DNA of 63,997 nt, filler included, from Rhabdomonas costata (GCA_019059605.1; 40 parts of 40 records of this genome joined end to end with filler, not necessarily neighbours in it), one strand, 5' to 3'; positions 25,159-38,366 are shown, counted from the first letter of the whole stretch. A program made the numbers and translations. The notes: generated by a model from the sequence alone, not told the origin.

Positions 25159-27762
25159 GTCTCCATCGTTTCCAGGGATGATGCCGTGAAGGTTATTATT
25201 TCCTCTGCATCTGCCCTCTCTATTACTTTCGATGGACGATTCGCAATTCTTAACATCGGCCTTTCTTATATTTTACCCACTATCTGATACAAGGCTTGCT
25301 CTTTTCGGTAGGTAATTAAACGAAAGTTATCCATCTGTAGGTCATTACCCTTACTTCGCACAAAGGGCGATTAGAGTTCAGCGTGGGTGTTGTCGGATTG
25401 CAGGTGAAAAATGAGGCATTCTATGTGGATTTCCATCTTGAAGTACACACCAAGAGAGCGATATGGAATCCACACTGACACCGACACCGACTGGAGACAC
25501 AACATGCACCATACAACAACTACCAACCTGTGACACCGTGACCCAAAACANNNNNNNNNNNNNNNNNNNNNNNNNNNNNNNNNNNNNNNNNNNNTTAATT
25601 AATTAANNNNNNNNNNNNNNNNNNNNNNNNNNNNNNNNNNNNNNNNNNNNGTTGTTGTGTTGACATCTATTTAGTGTTTCCTCTCATCACCGCTTTTCGC
25701 TCGTTGAAATTATTGTTTGCCGCAAAAATGGGGAGTGTGTTGAGCTCTTCTACCCCCTCCTTGTTGGCACTGGGGACTGTCATTCTGATCGCACAGCGCC
25801 ACATCGGCTGTGGAGTTCTGCCCCTGCCCTCTGTCGGTCTCATGGCAATGACCCTCGCCCTGTTCACGATCATTCTTTTGCTCGTCCGCAACACCCTCCT
25901 TACGGTGACCCCATCACTTCTTTCTTATATTTTGTACTCTCTGCACTTTGCAATGCTCTGGGTCCGAGGTGTTGTAGTTGTGGGGGGAGGGGGTGTTAAA
26001 CGGTCGTAACGTTCAGCGGCTGCTGTGCTTGAAACATGAGATACGCTTTCGCTTTGGGACCATCGAGGCTGCGGAAATTGATCAGTCTTTGCAGGGGTCC
26101 ACTGCCGCTAGTTGTGTCGCCTTTAGCCAGTCGGCATGTCGGTATCGTTGGGTCGTCGTTAACAACTCTAGGTCATGTTAACCCCATTCCCCATCCACGA
26201 AATACACCACCGCGATGTCATCGATTTTCAACCCCCTCCTTTTGATGTGGACCGCGCGCTTCTCTCCGTCCTTTCGGCTGTGGCTGTGCAGACTACCTAG
26301 CACCGATGCGAGCCGGTCTGCGGTTGAATTTTGCTCCACTTGGTCAGCGTGTAGTTTTGTGTGCTGTGCTCGTGAATTCTGAGTTCCCCACATTCTCGTT
26401 CCCGACATACGCGAAGTCTAAACGCGAAAATCTGATGGCTGCATGCACCCCCCCCGTGGTGCAATACCCCGAGCTCGCTTCCGTTGTTGGGTGGGAAACC
26501 AAGCACAGGACAGGGCAATGCCCGCCTGCCACCTTACTAGCCTGCCAGCATGTTTTTTGTTGGTAGTGAGTGATTAGCGAGTGGGTGACTGTGGTGTGGT
26601 GACCATGGCTGCGTGTCAGATTCTGTTCATGCCGTCGCTGCTCATCTCGCGGTTCATGGCCTCGCTGACCCAGGCCCGAGAGAAGGCCCTGGAGCACCCC
26701 GGGTGGCGCCCTGTGGTTATGCCCACGGCGGACGGTGCCGCGGCGGTGGACCCCGCCCGGTGGCAGATATGGTGCAACTCCAATGGCATGTGCTACGAGG
26801 TATACGCACCATACACTAATTCACTGAATCACTCACCAGCAGCAGCTCCAGACACCAGTGCCCGTTTACCCATCCAATGAAAAAAGTTATCAGGGTCGTT
26901 TCCGCGAGAGAAGGCCCCAGCCCTCCCCCCTCTCTAAAAAAAGGGAGTGCGGAGCCTGAGAGACCCGAGCATCAATGGTCCACCACTTTTTCAAAAAGCT
27001 TCCAGCATTGTGGCTCAGGTGGCTCCCTAGCTGTTGCAATTCCCTCAAAATTGCTGCTGCCTCTGACACCCCCCGCGTTACTTCCGGGGGTTCCTGCCCT
27101 CTGGGTGACTCCCGCTCTGGCCTGGGGTTTGGTCCTTGGTCCTCCCAACACCCNNNNNNNNNNNNNNNNNNNNNNNNNNNNNNNNNNNNNNNNNNNNTTA
27201 ATTAATTAANNNNNNNNNNNNNNNNNNNNNNNNNNNNNNNNNNNNNNNNNNNNGGGGGTGGTTGTTACACCTTCATTAACTCATCATGGGGTCCTCAAGT
27301 CTTATCGTACCCCACCTGGCGACTACACTCTGATCACACCTGGTACCACCTGATGCCTAGATGAGCCCAAAAATGGTATGGATGCCACTGCAGTCGCCAG
27401 GTGGGGTACGATAAGACTTGAGGACCCCATGATGAGTTAATGAAGGTGTAACAACCACCACACTTCGCATGGTGATTTCGACACTTGCTACGTAAATGCT
27501 ACCTTCCGGTGGCCCTTGATAACCTACTGCGCGGTGACGCAAAAAGGTGCTCCGTAAAAACGGGTCACGTTCGTTCATCTGGCTTTTCTCGACTGTTCCT
27601 TCATCTATAAAAAATCATTTCTTTTTTTTACAACAGATCAGGAACGGAAATACAAGTGATTGAGTCTGACACTCAGCGACATTCAGCTGGTCAGGGGTCA
27701 TGATGAAATGTGGCGAGGGCTGCTGGTTAGGATGTCGTCACATAGTCTTCTTCCTTGATCAG

Positions 27763-28648
27763 CGGGCGTGGGTGTGGAAGACGGTGCGCTCAACGCCTGG
27801 AATGTGATTCCCCGGCGTGTGCTCGACGAGCTGTCCCGAAGATATGAAGAGGTTACTGTGCGCGGTGAGTGTGTAGTATTTAGATCCCTCCCTTGTGGTT
27901 GAAAAGGCTCGGGACTGCTGCACGAAGGATCCAACTGGATGCCTCGTTGCGTCCCTTCATAGGATCGTTGTTCTGAGAGTTTCTCTCACGCTACATATAC
28001 GCATGACCATCGTTCAAGCCAAAAAGATGCACTTTGGTGGTCTCAGAACCTGCCCTTGATTTTCATCTCCCTCCATCGAGCTGGTTCTTTGGTAGGACTG
28101 TGAGACGAATGCAAAAATCGTATGGCGAACCTGCAAGCTGTGGATGACTACCTATGCCACGCTGGCATTGCTGCACAGAGTGGCTTTCTTGTGGGCAAAG
28201 TGTGAAGCACGATGAGCATCGTTGGCAGGTGAGGATTTGGTACAAATGTTATGAGGGACACAACAGTCATCAATGGTTGTTTGTTGTTGTCAACTCTAGA
28301 CGATGTGATGTTATAATGTGATGTGATGCCGCCCTAATGTGATGCTGCATTTCAACCATTCTAACCTCGTCACGGCTGGTGATTTGGGCAGGACAAGTGT
28401 GAGGGATGAGGGGCGATAGGATGTATGTAGGATGTATGTAGAGGGAAGCACTGAGAATAAAGGTTGACTGGGTACAGGGAATGCGTGCCTTCGTCGCTGG
28501 AGATCTGCACAGCGCAGAAAATGCCTTCGCGATTACCGCGGAGGTCGCACCCGAGGATGGCCCCACGAAACTTCTGCTTCAGCTGTGCCGCGAGGGGAAG
28601 AAGCCCGGGGTGCGGTGGGATGGGGTAATCCGCTTTGAGCGCAAGTGA
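27763..28648 (+). CDS. Class III adenylate/guanylate cyclase C-terminal region, last two exons (27763-27851, 28478-28648)
   Basis: Spliced ...VLDELSRRYEE|GMRAFVAGDLHSAENAFAITAEVAPEDGPTKLLLQLCREGKKPGVRWDGVIRFERK* matches the Y..G...F..A...F....P.D.P....C....WDGV...K* tail of bacterial-type cyclases; GT-AG intron 27852-28477; absent from the ORF track. Confidence 0.75.
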
Positions 28649-30904
28649 AGTTGTTTAGGTTGTGTCTTTAGTCCTTTCCACACACACACACACAAAGCAC
28701 ACGACTGCCTGCTGACTGCTGACGCCCGCCCGCCGCTCGAAAGCGATTCTTTTTTNNNNNNNNNNNNNNNNNNNNNNNNNNNNNNNNNNNNNNNNNNNNT
28801 TAATTAATTAANNNNNNNNNNNNNNNNNNNNNNNNNNNNNNNNNNNNNNNNNNNNGAGGAGGGGAGATGGCGGGCGTGGTGGCCACAACGGTGGCCATCG
28901 CAGACTCACACGTCTCGTCACGGGATGAGGCACACACAGGAGGAGATAAGAATCAGGGGTGTGAGGTAGGATGGGTGGATGGGAGGCACAACCCCAGCTC
29001 CACCCGGAAAAAAGGAGCCTGTCCAAGGGAAAATTGAACCTTGAACGAAAGGGTGCCCCCACAAGGTTGGGTTAAAACTTGCTCGAGTTACTATTTACGT
29101 ATTGCTAAATTTCGAGCTGTTGAATAATTTACGATTTTTTTTGCTTTGTTTCTTGTCTTCGCGCGCGCTTGCGTTTGTGTGGAAACTTGAAAACAATCGC
29201 ACACAAAAACTTCAGAAAGGTAGTGAAGGTTTTAGACAAGGGGGCGGGACATCGACAAGGTTACACGCTTGGTGCGTTTCCACTTCCAGCACTTTCGCGC
29301 CAAAGACATCACGCTCCCCAAAGGCACATAAAGTCAATCCTTGATTGAGGACTACAGACCCGTCAATTAATGATTGGACCGAAAACAGATGAAGAAAAAG
29401 GACCAAGAATATTCAACACCTTTACCCCGTAAAAACCCCGATTAGTCTGATTTTAAGCTAAACCGTAGAACGTAAGCCGAAATACTCAACAGTCGTTTGG
29501 GTTCAAATGCTTGTTTTCAGATGGATAAACAACCAGATTCCGAACCTCAAACTGTACTAGTTTATCGAGACCGCAAACATGAAAAATAAGGATATGTTTA
29601 TCGCGTGAGGTGACTTGCATGGAAAGGTGCCTGCCGAATTCTGGCAAGAAATACAATCGTCACTGTTAGTACCCTGTTGGTAGGCTTGAAAGTTGCTTTT
29701 CTCCCTTATCTTGTACACCGTGTCACTTGTCTCGTATTTTTTGTCGTCTCATTTAATAAATTCTTGAACCGAAAGCGACAGGATGGGATCGTACTTTAAC
29801 TGTTCAAAACATTCTTTCTTCCCACACACAACAGAAAATAGGAGGGACACGGCGGCAACACCAAAAAAGTACAGGTGCCAAGTCACGAAGTGGTAGCATG
29901 GCGATTCTGTCCAAAGGAGATGCTTAGGCGCTGAAGGCAAAGTCTTCCGTTGGAGCGGGCCAAGGCAGCAGCACGTCTCACTTTCTTCGGGGGCCTAGGG
30001 CTTCATGAAAGTCTCAGTGAACTTGTGCTGCCGTGCTGGGCGGGCTGTGCGCAGAACATGGAAGCAAGTGGTCTACAGCCTCGGTGCTGCAAGTCCATTG
30101 CTACTTCGAAACCGTTTGGGAAACCACCTACCACACGACCCATACAAAAGGTGTGAGACGGAAGAGGGCGAATGCTCTCGGCAGCCCCCAGCCACACAGC
30201 AGCGGCGCAAGCGAGCAATCAAGAGCCCAGATCCGGAAGTGCTACTAGATGAAGGACTACTAGCGTTTTCTGAAGCTGAACGTCGTGCCCCACATATTAT
30301 GCTGGTGAGTGCTGAACTGCCACAGTGATGCATCCACCAAAGCCGTACCCCAAAAACNNNNNNNNNNNNNNNNNNNNNNNNNNNNNNNNNNNNNNNNNNN
30401 NTTAATTAATTAANNNNNNNNNNNNNNNNNNNNNNNNNNNNNNNNNNNNNNNNNNNNACAGAGCCGCCTAGGGGTACGGGTGGGTTCCAGGCTACGGGTG
30501 AAAGGACCGGCCACGCAGTGTTTCGGGGGCCCACTTAACATAAAAACCCCGGGCCTCGGCTTTGCCAAATCTCGGTTCGGGTTTGTTTTCATATCTTTTT
30601 TGTGGTGTTTACTCTTATGTCTCATTCAAGCACGCATGCAAGAACAAAAGCGACCGTCATCAGTGATTTTTAGCTGCACAGGTGAAACCCTGCACTGGTT
30701 GCAAAGATTACTTAGTGTTCTGGCCCTCCAGGTCCAGGTCCAGGTTTTCACCGTCACCTTTGCGCGAGGCCCATGCCATGCAGATGTGATTGCTTTCCCC
30801 AGTTTGGGATTAGATCTCTTGCGCAATCTTTATTTAGGACGTCAGCGACCTAGCGCTGGCGGCGCTGCGACAGCCCCTGCACCGCACGTGCAGCCCGTGC
30901 ACAG

Positions 30905-31685
30905 GGTCACAGCTGCAGCGGTGGGTGCAGTGTGGTGTCCTGGAGGCCCTTTGCGCGCTGACCTATCGAGCAACACCCCTGTCAGTTGCTCAGCTGGACG
31001 ACGTACGAACGCGCCCCCTCCTCTCCCTGCGATTTTCCTCCTCCTTCTCTGCTTTTATTGCTCTGATTTGCGCACCTCCCGATCCCGATCTGCGCCTCAC
31101 GTGTTTGCGCTGGCACCGTTTAATCGTCTTAACGTCTGCGTGGCTGCACACAGGCGTTCCGCTTTTCGGTTTGTGTTTATTCGTGTGTCTCCGTCCCCTG
31201 CACTGTCAACATTTTTTAAAATGAAAGATGGCAAAATCAAATAATACGCCCCATGGTGACTTTCAGATCTTTCTGAGAGCTTGCTAAAAGCCCAAGCGCA
31301 GCTCTGGGCTCTGATGCCAGCACAATATACTCCTGAGCTCTAAACTAAGGGAAATCAAAGGGGCCCATCCTGAATGCACAGTCGAACCACTGATTCAGTG
31401 ATTCAGATGGAGATGTGTAGTCAGGACGCAGCGCCAGTATGTGTTTATGCCTGTGAATCCCTCTGGTACTGGATCTGGTTGCACACAGGTGGTGAGTATT
31501 CTGGGCTGCTTTCTTGTGGTCCCTGGATTCCACATGCCCTTCCTGGAGGCTGCCGTGCGCACCGCTAGTGTCAACCCCAAGGGCCCCACCGCCGACCTGG
31601 CTTACCTGCTCTGCGCCGGGCTCCGGTTCCGGGGCTTTGCCGCGTGCGCTGCGGAGATCAATCTGCTCACGGTACTGCAGCAGTG
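30905..31685 (+). CDS. Two probable exons (~30905-31002, ~31489-31685) of an unidentified helical protein
   Basis: cacAG acceptors and GT donors flank SQLQRWVQCGVLEALCALTYRATPLSVAQLDD and VVSILGCFLVVPGFHMPFLEAAVR...AEINLLTVLQQW. Confidence 0.4.
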
Positions 31686-32895
31686 GTACACCAGTCGCTG
31701 CCTGCTCCCCAAGAAGAGCACCAGTTTCAATAGCGCGGTGTGTGGGGGCCCGGATGATTTCGTTCCTGCTTTCTGATACTGCCACCTAGCTGCGCCAGGC
31801 TTATAAGGTGTTTTATAAAGCAGGCATTTTTACGTTGCAGCCGGTATTTCGTTGTAGAAAAGTTTGCTGTTGAGTTTTTGTTGAAAGTGCAGCATTTGAA
31901 CAGCTTGAACAGCTTAGCTGTACTTATCCGTGCAACAGTGTACTGAAAGTCGGCACAATNNNNNNNNNNNNNNNNNNNNNNNNNNNNNNNNNNNNNNNNN
32001 NNNTTAATTAATTAANNNNNNNNNNNNNNNNNNNNNNNNNNNNNNNNNNNNNNNNNNNNATCTAGGCGGTTGGTTGGGGTTGGGGCTCTTCCTCCATGGC
32101 CTTGCTGTCATAAGTAGGTTGCTCCGTTTGACTTTAAAAAGCACTTGATAATACCCTTGATCAGCCTCAGTTGGTCAGCCTCCGCTCAAATCCAAAGGAA
32201 GATATCTTTTTCCACGGCTAGGACAATCCAAGCGAACTCTTGGGGTGCGGTACAGCACAATTGGGGTCTCTTGCCGGGGGCTGTGCCTTCGGAGAATGGG
32301 TCACTCCTATGAAAGAAAAACCCTCTGTTGGTGCTGGAGCCAGTTTTTTTGGGGTTTGGCGGGTTATAGCATTGTCGCAGCGTCATTTACATGGGGGGCT
32401 ATCCTTAATATAAACCAGGGCAATTCTTGGGGACATTTTTCAGCTCACCGGCACAAAAACTGTTTTAAGCTTTCATTGGAGATAAACGGTAAGTACCATT
32501 ATAAATTTTAGGTGCTGATTCTATGATGTTATTCTCGAGCACTCGGTTGGGTGTGGTGTGCCACTGCCCTCGCCCCCCCCCCCTCCAAAATGAGATCACT
32601 CAAATAGTTAGGTTTGACGGTGTCAAAGGCTCAACGTCGAGCTTAAACGCACTCCTCTCCCCAAGTAGGCCCGCTGACTAAGCCGGTCAATCCATGATCC
32701 CCAACAAAAGCGGAGTGGGGGTGGGGAGTTGGCCCTGTCATCAACCCCAAAGCCGACTCATGAAGGAGTTTTTCTGGCGCCCGAGCATTCCAGCATAGTT
32801 TGAAATCTTGTCGTTGAACGACGTCAAAACCGTTTAACGCCCCCCCCCCCGGCCATCGTCCCTATTTTAGCCTGCTCTCCCCGTCCGCTAGAGAC

Positions 32896-33034
32896 CTCTT
32901 AGGCCGCGGGGCAGGCGGCGCTTGAGCAGGATATCCGCCATCTCTGGGCTGCTGAGGTAGTCCATTGGGGTGCACCGCCAGCGATTGCGGCCCAGAAGAA
33001 GCCGCGGGCAGTGCCGCATCAACAGCGCCGCAAC
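32896..33034 (-). CDS. Ankyrin-repeat exon
   Basis: cacAG|GTTGCG...AGAG|GTCTCT; VAALLMRHCPRLLLGRNRWRCTPMDYLSSPEMADILL fits the ankyrin LL....RN....TP.D....EM..LL pattern; absent from the ORF track. Confidence 0.6.
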
Positions 33035-34612
33035 CTGTGAAGACCGGACCTGCATCACAGTCTATGCTTCGGCAGACAAGAGTGGTGTGAAGGAGCTCGC
33101 ATCTGCCTGCTAGAATGGATGCCTGCTGGAATAGGGGATGAGGCCAGTGCGGAATCTTATCTTATCTTATGTCTTCAGCCACTTGTTTCTTTCGTGCTTG
33201 CGAGAAGCACTATAGTGATGTGAAGACGTTCTGTGAAGGGCTTTTGGTATTTACCTCAGAACGTGGGAAGAAGTGACTGAGGAGGCAGACGGTTAATGAA
33301 ATGGTTTTACCCATTGCCGATAAGAAAAACAGCCATAAGCAAGATAATCTCCCGTCAGGAAGTACAGGGTGTTCCATTTACAAAGATAAATATGGATTTA
33401 AACATACAGAGAACGGACCGGATGAAGGCTCTCGGTGTGTAGAAAAGAAGCGGGTGATGCCTGACGACCATAACAGTAGCGGAGACACAAAAAAAGGAGC
33501 ATCATCATCAGACAACATAATGCTATAGTGTTTCCAACATGCCTTGACATGATTCTGCTCNNNNNNNNNNNNNNNNNNNNNNNNNNNNNNNNNNNNNNNN
33601 NNNNTTAATTAATTAANNNNNNNNNNNNNNNNNNNNNNNNNNNNNNNNNNNNNNNNNNNNGTTTTGGTTTCCAGTGGTTTCCAGTCAACTCGTTTGCAGC
33701 GGTTGTAATGAATTCCGCTGTGTAGAACTCAGCCGCTCTCGGGGAGGGGACGTGGACGGGGGGTGACCAACGGGTCAAACTTGGGCGCCAACTCATTTGG
33801 AGCTCAGGACTGAAACCCTTGCGAATTTTCAGAAAAACTCTAATTTTCAAAAAGAAAAACCGATCTTTTCGGATCATTTCTGAAGCCAGAGTCAATCGCC
33901 CACCCGCCTTGCCCCTGCTCAGTCCCCTGTATTTTTTTATAAATAAAACTCGATTTTAAAGGGGCCATCATGGGCAGCAATTCACCCTCTCGCGTGCAAA
34001 TGCTTTTCACGTCCTGTTTTCTCCCTATTTTGATTCGGTTACCATGAAGCGTTTTGAAAATACTTCCACCGAGAATGGGGTCTGGACCATATTTCAGGCT
34101 CGTTGTTCGCCTGATTTGGCCATTTTTAGCCCTTTTTGCTTGGTTGTGCTCCATTGTCCGTTTTAAGCCCCCCCCTTTTTTTTTTGCCGTGTTTTTTGAT
34201 TTTCCACCAGGTGTCAAATGCAAATGGTTTTGCTCAATTGAGGCCCCAGCTGCTCGTGGAACAACATGCGTGACACTTGGTTTGTTTTCAAAATGAATAA
34301 CTGGTGACTTCCTGTTAACCTCTCGGGTTTTTGCGGACGGGTGTTTCATAGTCGGGTGCAATGCAGAGGGTCTTTCTTCGCGGATTCCGGTAGTGCTACC
34401 TGCAACCCGGTGATCGTCCGCGCTCTTCCATGAAAAAGATGAACGGATGTGCTTTTCAGTGCTGTTCTGGAGAGCCAGATTCTTTTGTTTTGCCCCTGGA
34501 ACATTTCATCTGTGTTTTTTTGTTTCATCGTGGTTGGACGGGGCCTAGCTCGGGGGTGCCCCTGTGCCCCCCTTCCCCGTCTTTATATTATCATTCCCAA
34601 ATGGCTTTGCAG

Positions 34613-34792
34613 TACTTCGAGGGAGGGCGGGTGTGCGCGCTTTCTGAGGCCCCAGCGGTGGGCGTTCGGACTCTTTCCCGGGACAGCTTCGCTCATGAGT
34701 TTGCTCTGCGACACAAGCTGAAGGGCCTCCCTGACGCCCCAGACTTCTGCCCCTTGCGGACCACCGCGGTCATAATCACTGGGCTGAGACAG
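34613..34792 (+). CDS. Probable internal exon of an unidentified protein
   Basis: ttgcAG|TACTTC...AGACAG|GTTTGA, 180 nt open frame YFEGGRVCALSEAP...TAVIITGLRQ. Confidence 0.4.
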
Positions 34793-36002
34793 GTTTGACC
34801 CACTGCCCCCCCGCCCGGTTTTGTTGAAGTTGGTCTGCCCACATGTTCCTCCTTGAATGCGTTTGCTGCCAAAAGAGGGGCGTTAGGTGGTGGTTGTGTT
34901 GGTGGGGTCGTGCGCAGGCGCCTGGGGCCTTCGCCGGTCTATTTCCGGGGCGGGGGGCTTCACGATACAACGCCGTTATACGGTAGAACCGTGTGATATC
35001 GTATAACGGGGTTATACCGTATACGTTATGCGGTCATGGGGCGGTATATGAAAATCGGTTTTTGGCCATTACGTTATCTTTCACGTTGCTCAGTATTGTT
35101 GGTGGGGACTCATTCCTTGCCGTCGAATCTGACTTTTGCAGCTTGGTTTGAATTCCCAACCNNNNNNNNNNNNNNNNNNNNNNNNNNNNNNNNNNNNNNN
35201 NNNNNTTAATTAATTAANNNNNNNNNNNNNNNNNNNNNNNNNNNNNNNNNNNNNNNNNNNNGTTTTTGTTTCCTTATGTTTGTTTGCAGCAGAGCACACG
35301 TCAGGGCAAGGATGGCTCACACCAAGCTGTCACCAAGTTCGCAGTGTGTAAGTGACTAAGTGGTGCCATGACCAACGAAGATCTCATCACAGTTGCTCAG
35401 CAAGGTGCAAGAGGCGCACACCGAGAGCAAACAAACATAAGGAAACTAAAAACTTAAAAGCAACAAAAATTTACAGAAAGGGCAGACGCTGCAAAATAGC
35501 GGATACAAGCGAGAAAGTTACAAGCAAGTTACAAGCAGAAGAGAAGCAGCCTCGCAGATTTTGGCATTGGCGTATTTTCAAAATGAGAGCGGAGCAAAGA
35601 ACCTTGCGTTGGGGAGGAGAATGAATGCGCAACCTTTGATGAAGTGAAACTGCGATGAAGAAATCGCCCCACGCCACTTTCCTACCCCCCATAAACACGC
35701 TGATGCTGTGGTTGCCGCACTTTCAACAGTGTGCGAGCTTAGGAGACAATTTTTCTTTTTTTGTGTGTGTGGTGTTGAACGACTTTTTACGACCACAATA
35801 ACGTTTGCTTCGCAAACCATGGTGTCACCACGGAAGAAGGCAGGACCGGATACTTGTCCAGTGACCCAGGGGCTGGGTCACCTTGCCGCAAGGGATTGCA
35901 TGTATGCTTCCAGGTTGCTCGTGTGCGCATGGGTCAACGTACGCACACATGCACATCTCCCTCCGCTCTCTCTGTCATTTCTCTCCTCGCGGTGCATTTT
36001 AG

Positions 36003-36625
36003 GTGGTTTTGCGATCGATGACCCCACCACGGCGATGCTGCGGGAGAAGCTGCAGGCCCGGCTGCGGGTGGCCAGCGAGGAACGGGACTTCTACAAGGCC
36101 GAGCTGCAGCGCAGGCCCCTCACCGTGCATAACGCAGAGTGCAGCACGGTACGTGCTCTTTTCTCTCTGCTTCTGTGGGCCTGAAAAAGGTTCCACAAAA
36201 CCGATAACGTGCTGGGGTGTTCCTGGGAGTGAGGGGCCTGCCTCGGCAAAGGTGGGATGGCGCCGGGTACCTGGATCTTGTAGCGACGGCCTGCAATACA
36301 TCCTCCGCTGCATGGGGCAAAAAGCCTCGCAAATGGGATGCCATAGAGCCGCAAAGGGGCACCACAACCGGAAAGGTGAGGAAATCCTGACCGCCCCGCT
36401 GCGTTTCGGGAGGTATGCAAAGGACCCCAGGCCTGCTTCGGCTTAGCCCTCATCTGGTACACGAGAGTGTTTGCCCTCCGTCCTGTCAGGAGTAATGTCG
36501 GGCGACCTGGGAAGACGGAAAACAGGGACTGAGCAGCCTCCCTTTTTAACGGCTGCATGTTCATTGCAGATGACTACGCCCACGCTGGGCCGTGCTGAGG
36601 CGGAGAGCATCTTGGCACAGATTGA
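36003..36625 (+). CDS. Two probable exons (36003-36148, ~36570-36625) of an unidentified coiled-coil protein
   Basis: tttAG and ttgcAG acceptors, GTACGT and GTGGCT donors; MLREKLQARLRVASEERDFYKAELQRR / MTTPTLGRAEAESILAQIE. Confidence 0.45.
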
Positions 36626-37053
36626 GGTGGCTTTCCTTTCGTTTACCTTTACTCCACCCGACTTCTCTCCACTCTCTGCTGCTTTGGTGCCCGCGTCAAA
36701 GCAGCAGAGAGTGGAGAGAAGTCGGGTGGAGTAAAGGTAAACGAAAGGAAAGCCACCCCAACCNNNNNNNNNNNNNNNNNNNNNNNNNNNNNNNNNNNNN
36801 NNNNNNNTTAATTAATTAANNNNNNNNNNNNNNNNNNNNNNNNNNNNNNNNNNNNNNNNNNNNCGCACAAACTTTGGAAGCAACAATCCTTGGGAAGAAG
36901 CACATCTCATTGAAAGAAGGATATGCTGGAATATTGCGGGTAAAAAGGAGAGAGGAGGCCATGGCAATAATGCAATGCATAATTCTGATGAGAGGTGGAC
37001 ATACCACGATTAAAGATTACCTGTGGAGGGGGTCTCGGCTTGCGGAAATACTC

Positions 37054-37706
37054 CTAGGTCTTTTCCATGGCCTCGTTCCGGCTCCTCGGATTGTTCGCCA
37101 TCACCTTCGCCTGGATGTCCACTTCCAAGCATCTTACGAACAGGTACTGCAATAAGGTCTCGCTCTCAAACATCGCTCCCTTCAGCAAATTCATTCCAGT
37201 CACAAACTGCTGATGGTAAAACTGAAAGTTTCCTTCTTGCATCTTCAGCTGCTCCAACCTCCAAACCACATTATGGTCCCAGGTCTGGGCACACAGCCTC
37301 CTATTGAGCGTTTCAACAAATTCTTTCCAGTCGGCAAACGTCTGGCCTGGCGCTACGATCCCTCTGGCGTATGATCCCAAAGCTCCTGTGGCGTAGATGA
37401 TTGCCACCTGATCTGGAAGTCTCCGGAAGTCCTTCAGCTCCTCTACAAAACCCAACCACGGCAAAAAATGTGATGGATTTCAGTCGTACTTCGGGAACTC
37501 TGGATCTTTCTCTTGGACTTTTGCAACGCTCCGGCTACTTCTGGGACTGTGGATGCGGGCGCCCCTCCTCCACTCTGCGAACCTTCTGCTGGGGGCCCAT
37601 CAACCACTCTGCGCAGCAACTCCTGAGTAAGATTGTGATTTGCCCTCTGTTGCTGCTTCATGCTCTGAAAGAATGAAACCATTTGAGTAAGAAAATTCTG
37701 CTCCAT
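37054..37706 (-). mobile_element. gag: Degenerate Ty3/Gypsy-type retrotransposon gag
   Basis: MEQNFLTQMVSFFQSMKQQQ..., frameshift, then DPEFPKYD*NPSHFLPWL...FADWKEFVETLNRRL...RLEQLKMQEGNFQFYHQQF...FVRCLEVDIQAKV..NPRS..EAM; fits retrotransposon gag (P..F.G, W..F...L, L.Q....Y...F, F..GL...I); stops at 37480-37482 and 37054-37056. Confidence 0.78.
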
Positions 37707-38047
37707 CGGTGGTGCGTGTGCTGCGCTTGGGTTAGGTGGCGGGGGATTTCATGTCTCCCCCTCTGATTACCACTTGATGGTACTTAGCTCCCCTCGGTAT
37801 TGCACTGCCTCTGGAAGACCTCCACTCGGGGGGGGGGGAATTCTGTGCCTCTGTGCTCAGAATTCGCCGTTAGGTCGCTTGGGTCTCGTAGCGTCCTCTG
37901 CGCTTCCCTTGAGCCTGCGGCCGCACTTTTCCTTTCCATACCAATCCCCTATGTGGATTCATTAACCGTAAATCTCTACCCGCACTATGTGGATGGATTG
38001 CTCGCCTATCTTCTCTTGTTTCCGCGGCCTTTTTCGCTAGGGGGGGG

Positions 38048-38366
38048 TCTGCTACCAAGTGTCACACTCCAAATATGCTGCGGGAACTCTTACGTGGCTC
38101 CTTCCTTTTTGGGTGGTCGTGCCTCTGGATCCCACTTGAGCTGGACTGTATCCCGACCTTGCTTGCACAATGTGGGCGCTGCCTCGGCTTACCTAGGTGT
38201 CTTGGCACCTAGAACGGGGCGGAGGTCTCTTCCGTTCGTCAGGGGGTCGCTCTGGTGCTCTCTGCGGGCGTCGCCTTTCTGAAACGGGGGCGGGGGTGCC
38301 AACCACTTTTCGATTTACCAAGCCGCTTCGGCGTAAATCTGGCGACCTCTGGGGGCACTACTCTGC
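38048..38366 (-). mobile_element. Candidate 5' LTR end plus tRNA-iMet primer-binding site of the gag-bearing element
   Basis: Minus strand reads ...TGTGACA-CT-TGGTAGCAGA (38066-38048): an LTR-like CA end, 2-nt spacer and 10-nt match to the 3' end of a eukaryotic initiator tRNA-Met, about 340 nt upstream of gag. Confidence 0.5.

Noticed and set aside
27254-27460. Long inverted repeats at contig ends (also 8023-8132, 17637-17698, 35268-35446, 44874-44932, 51042-51181)
   Set aside because: Always terminal, perfect on the outer arm and imperfect next to the loop, which is the signature of fold-back self-priming during amplification rather than genomic palindromes or RNA genes
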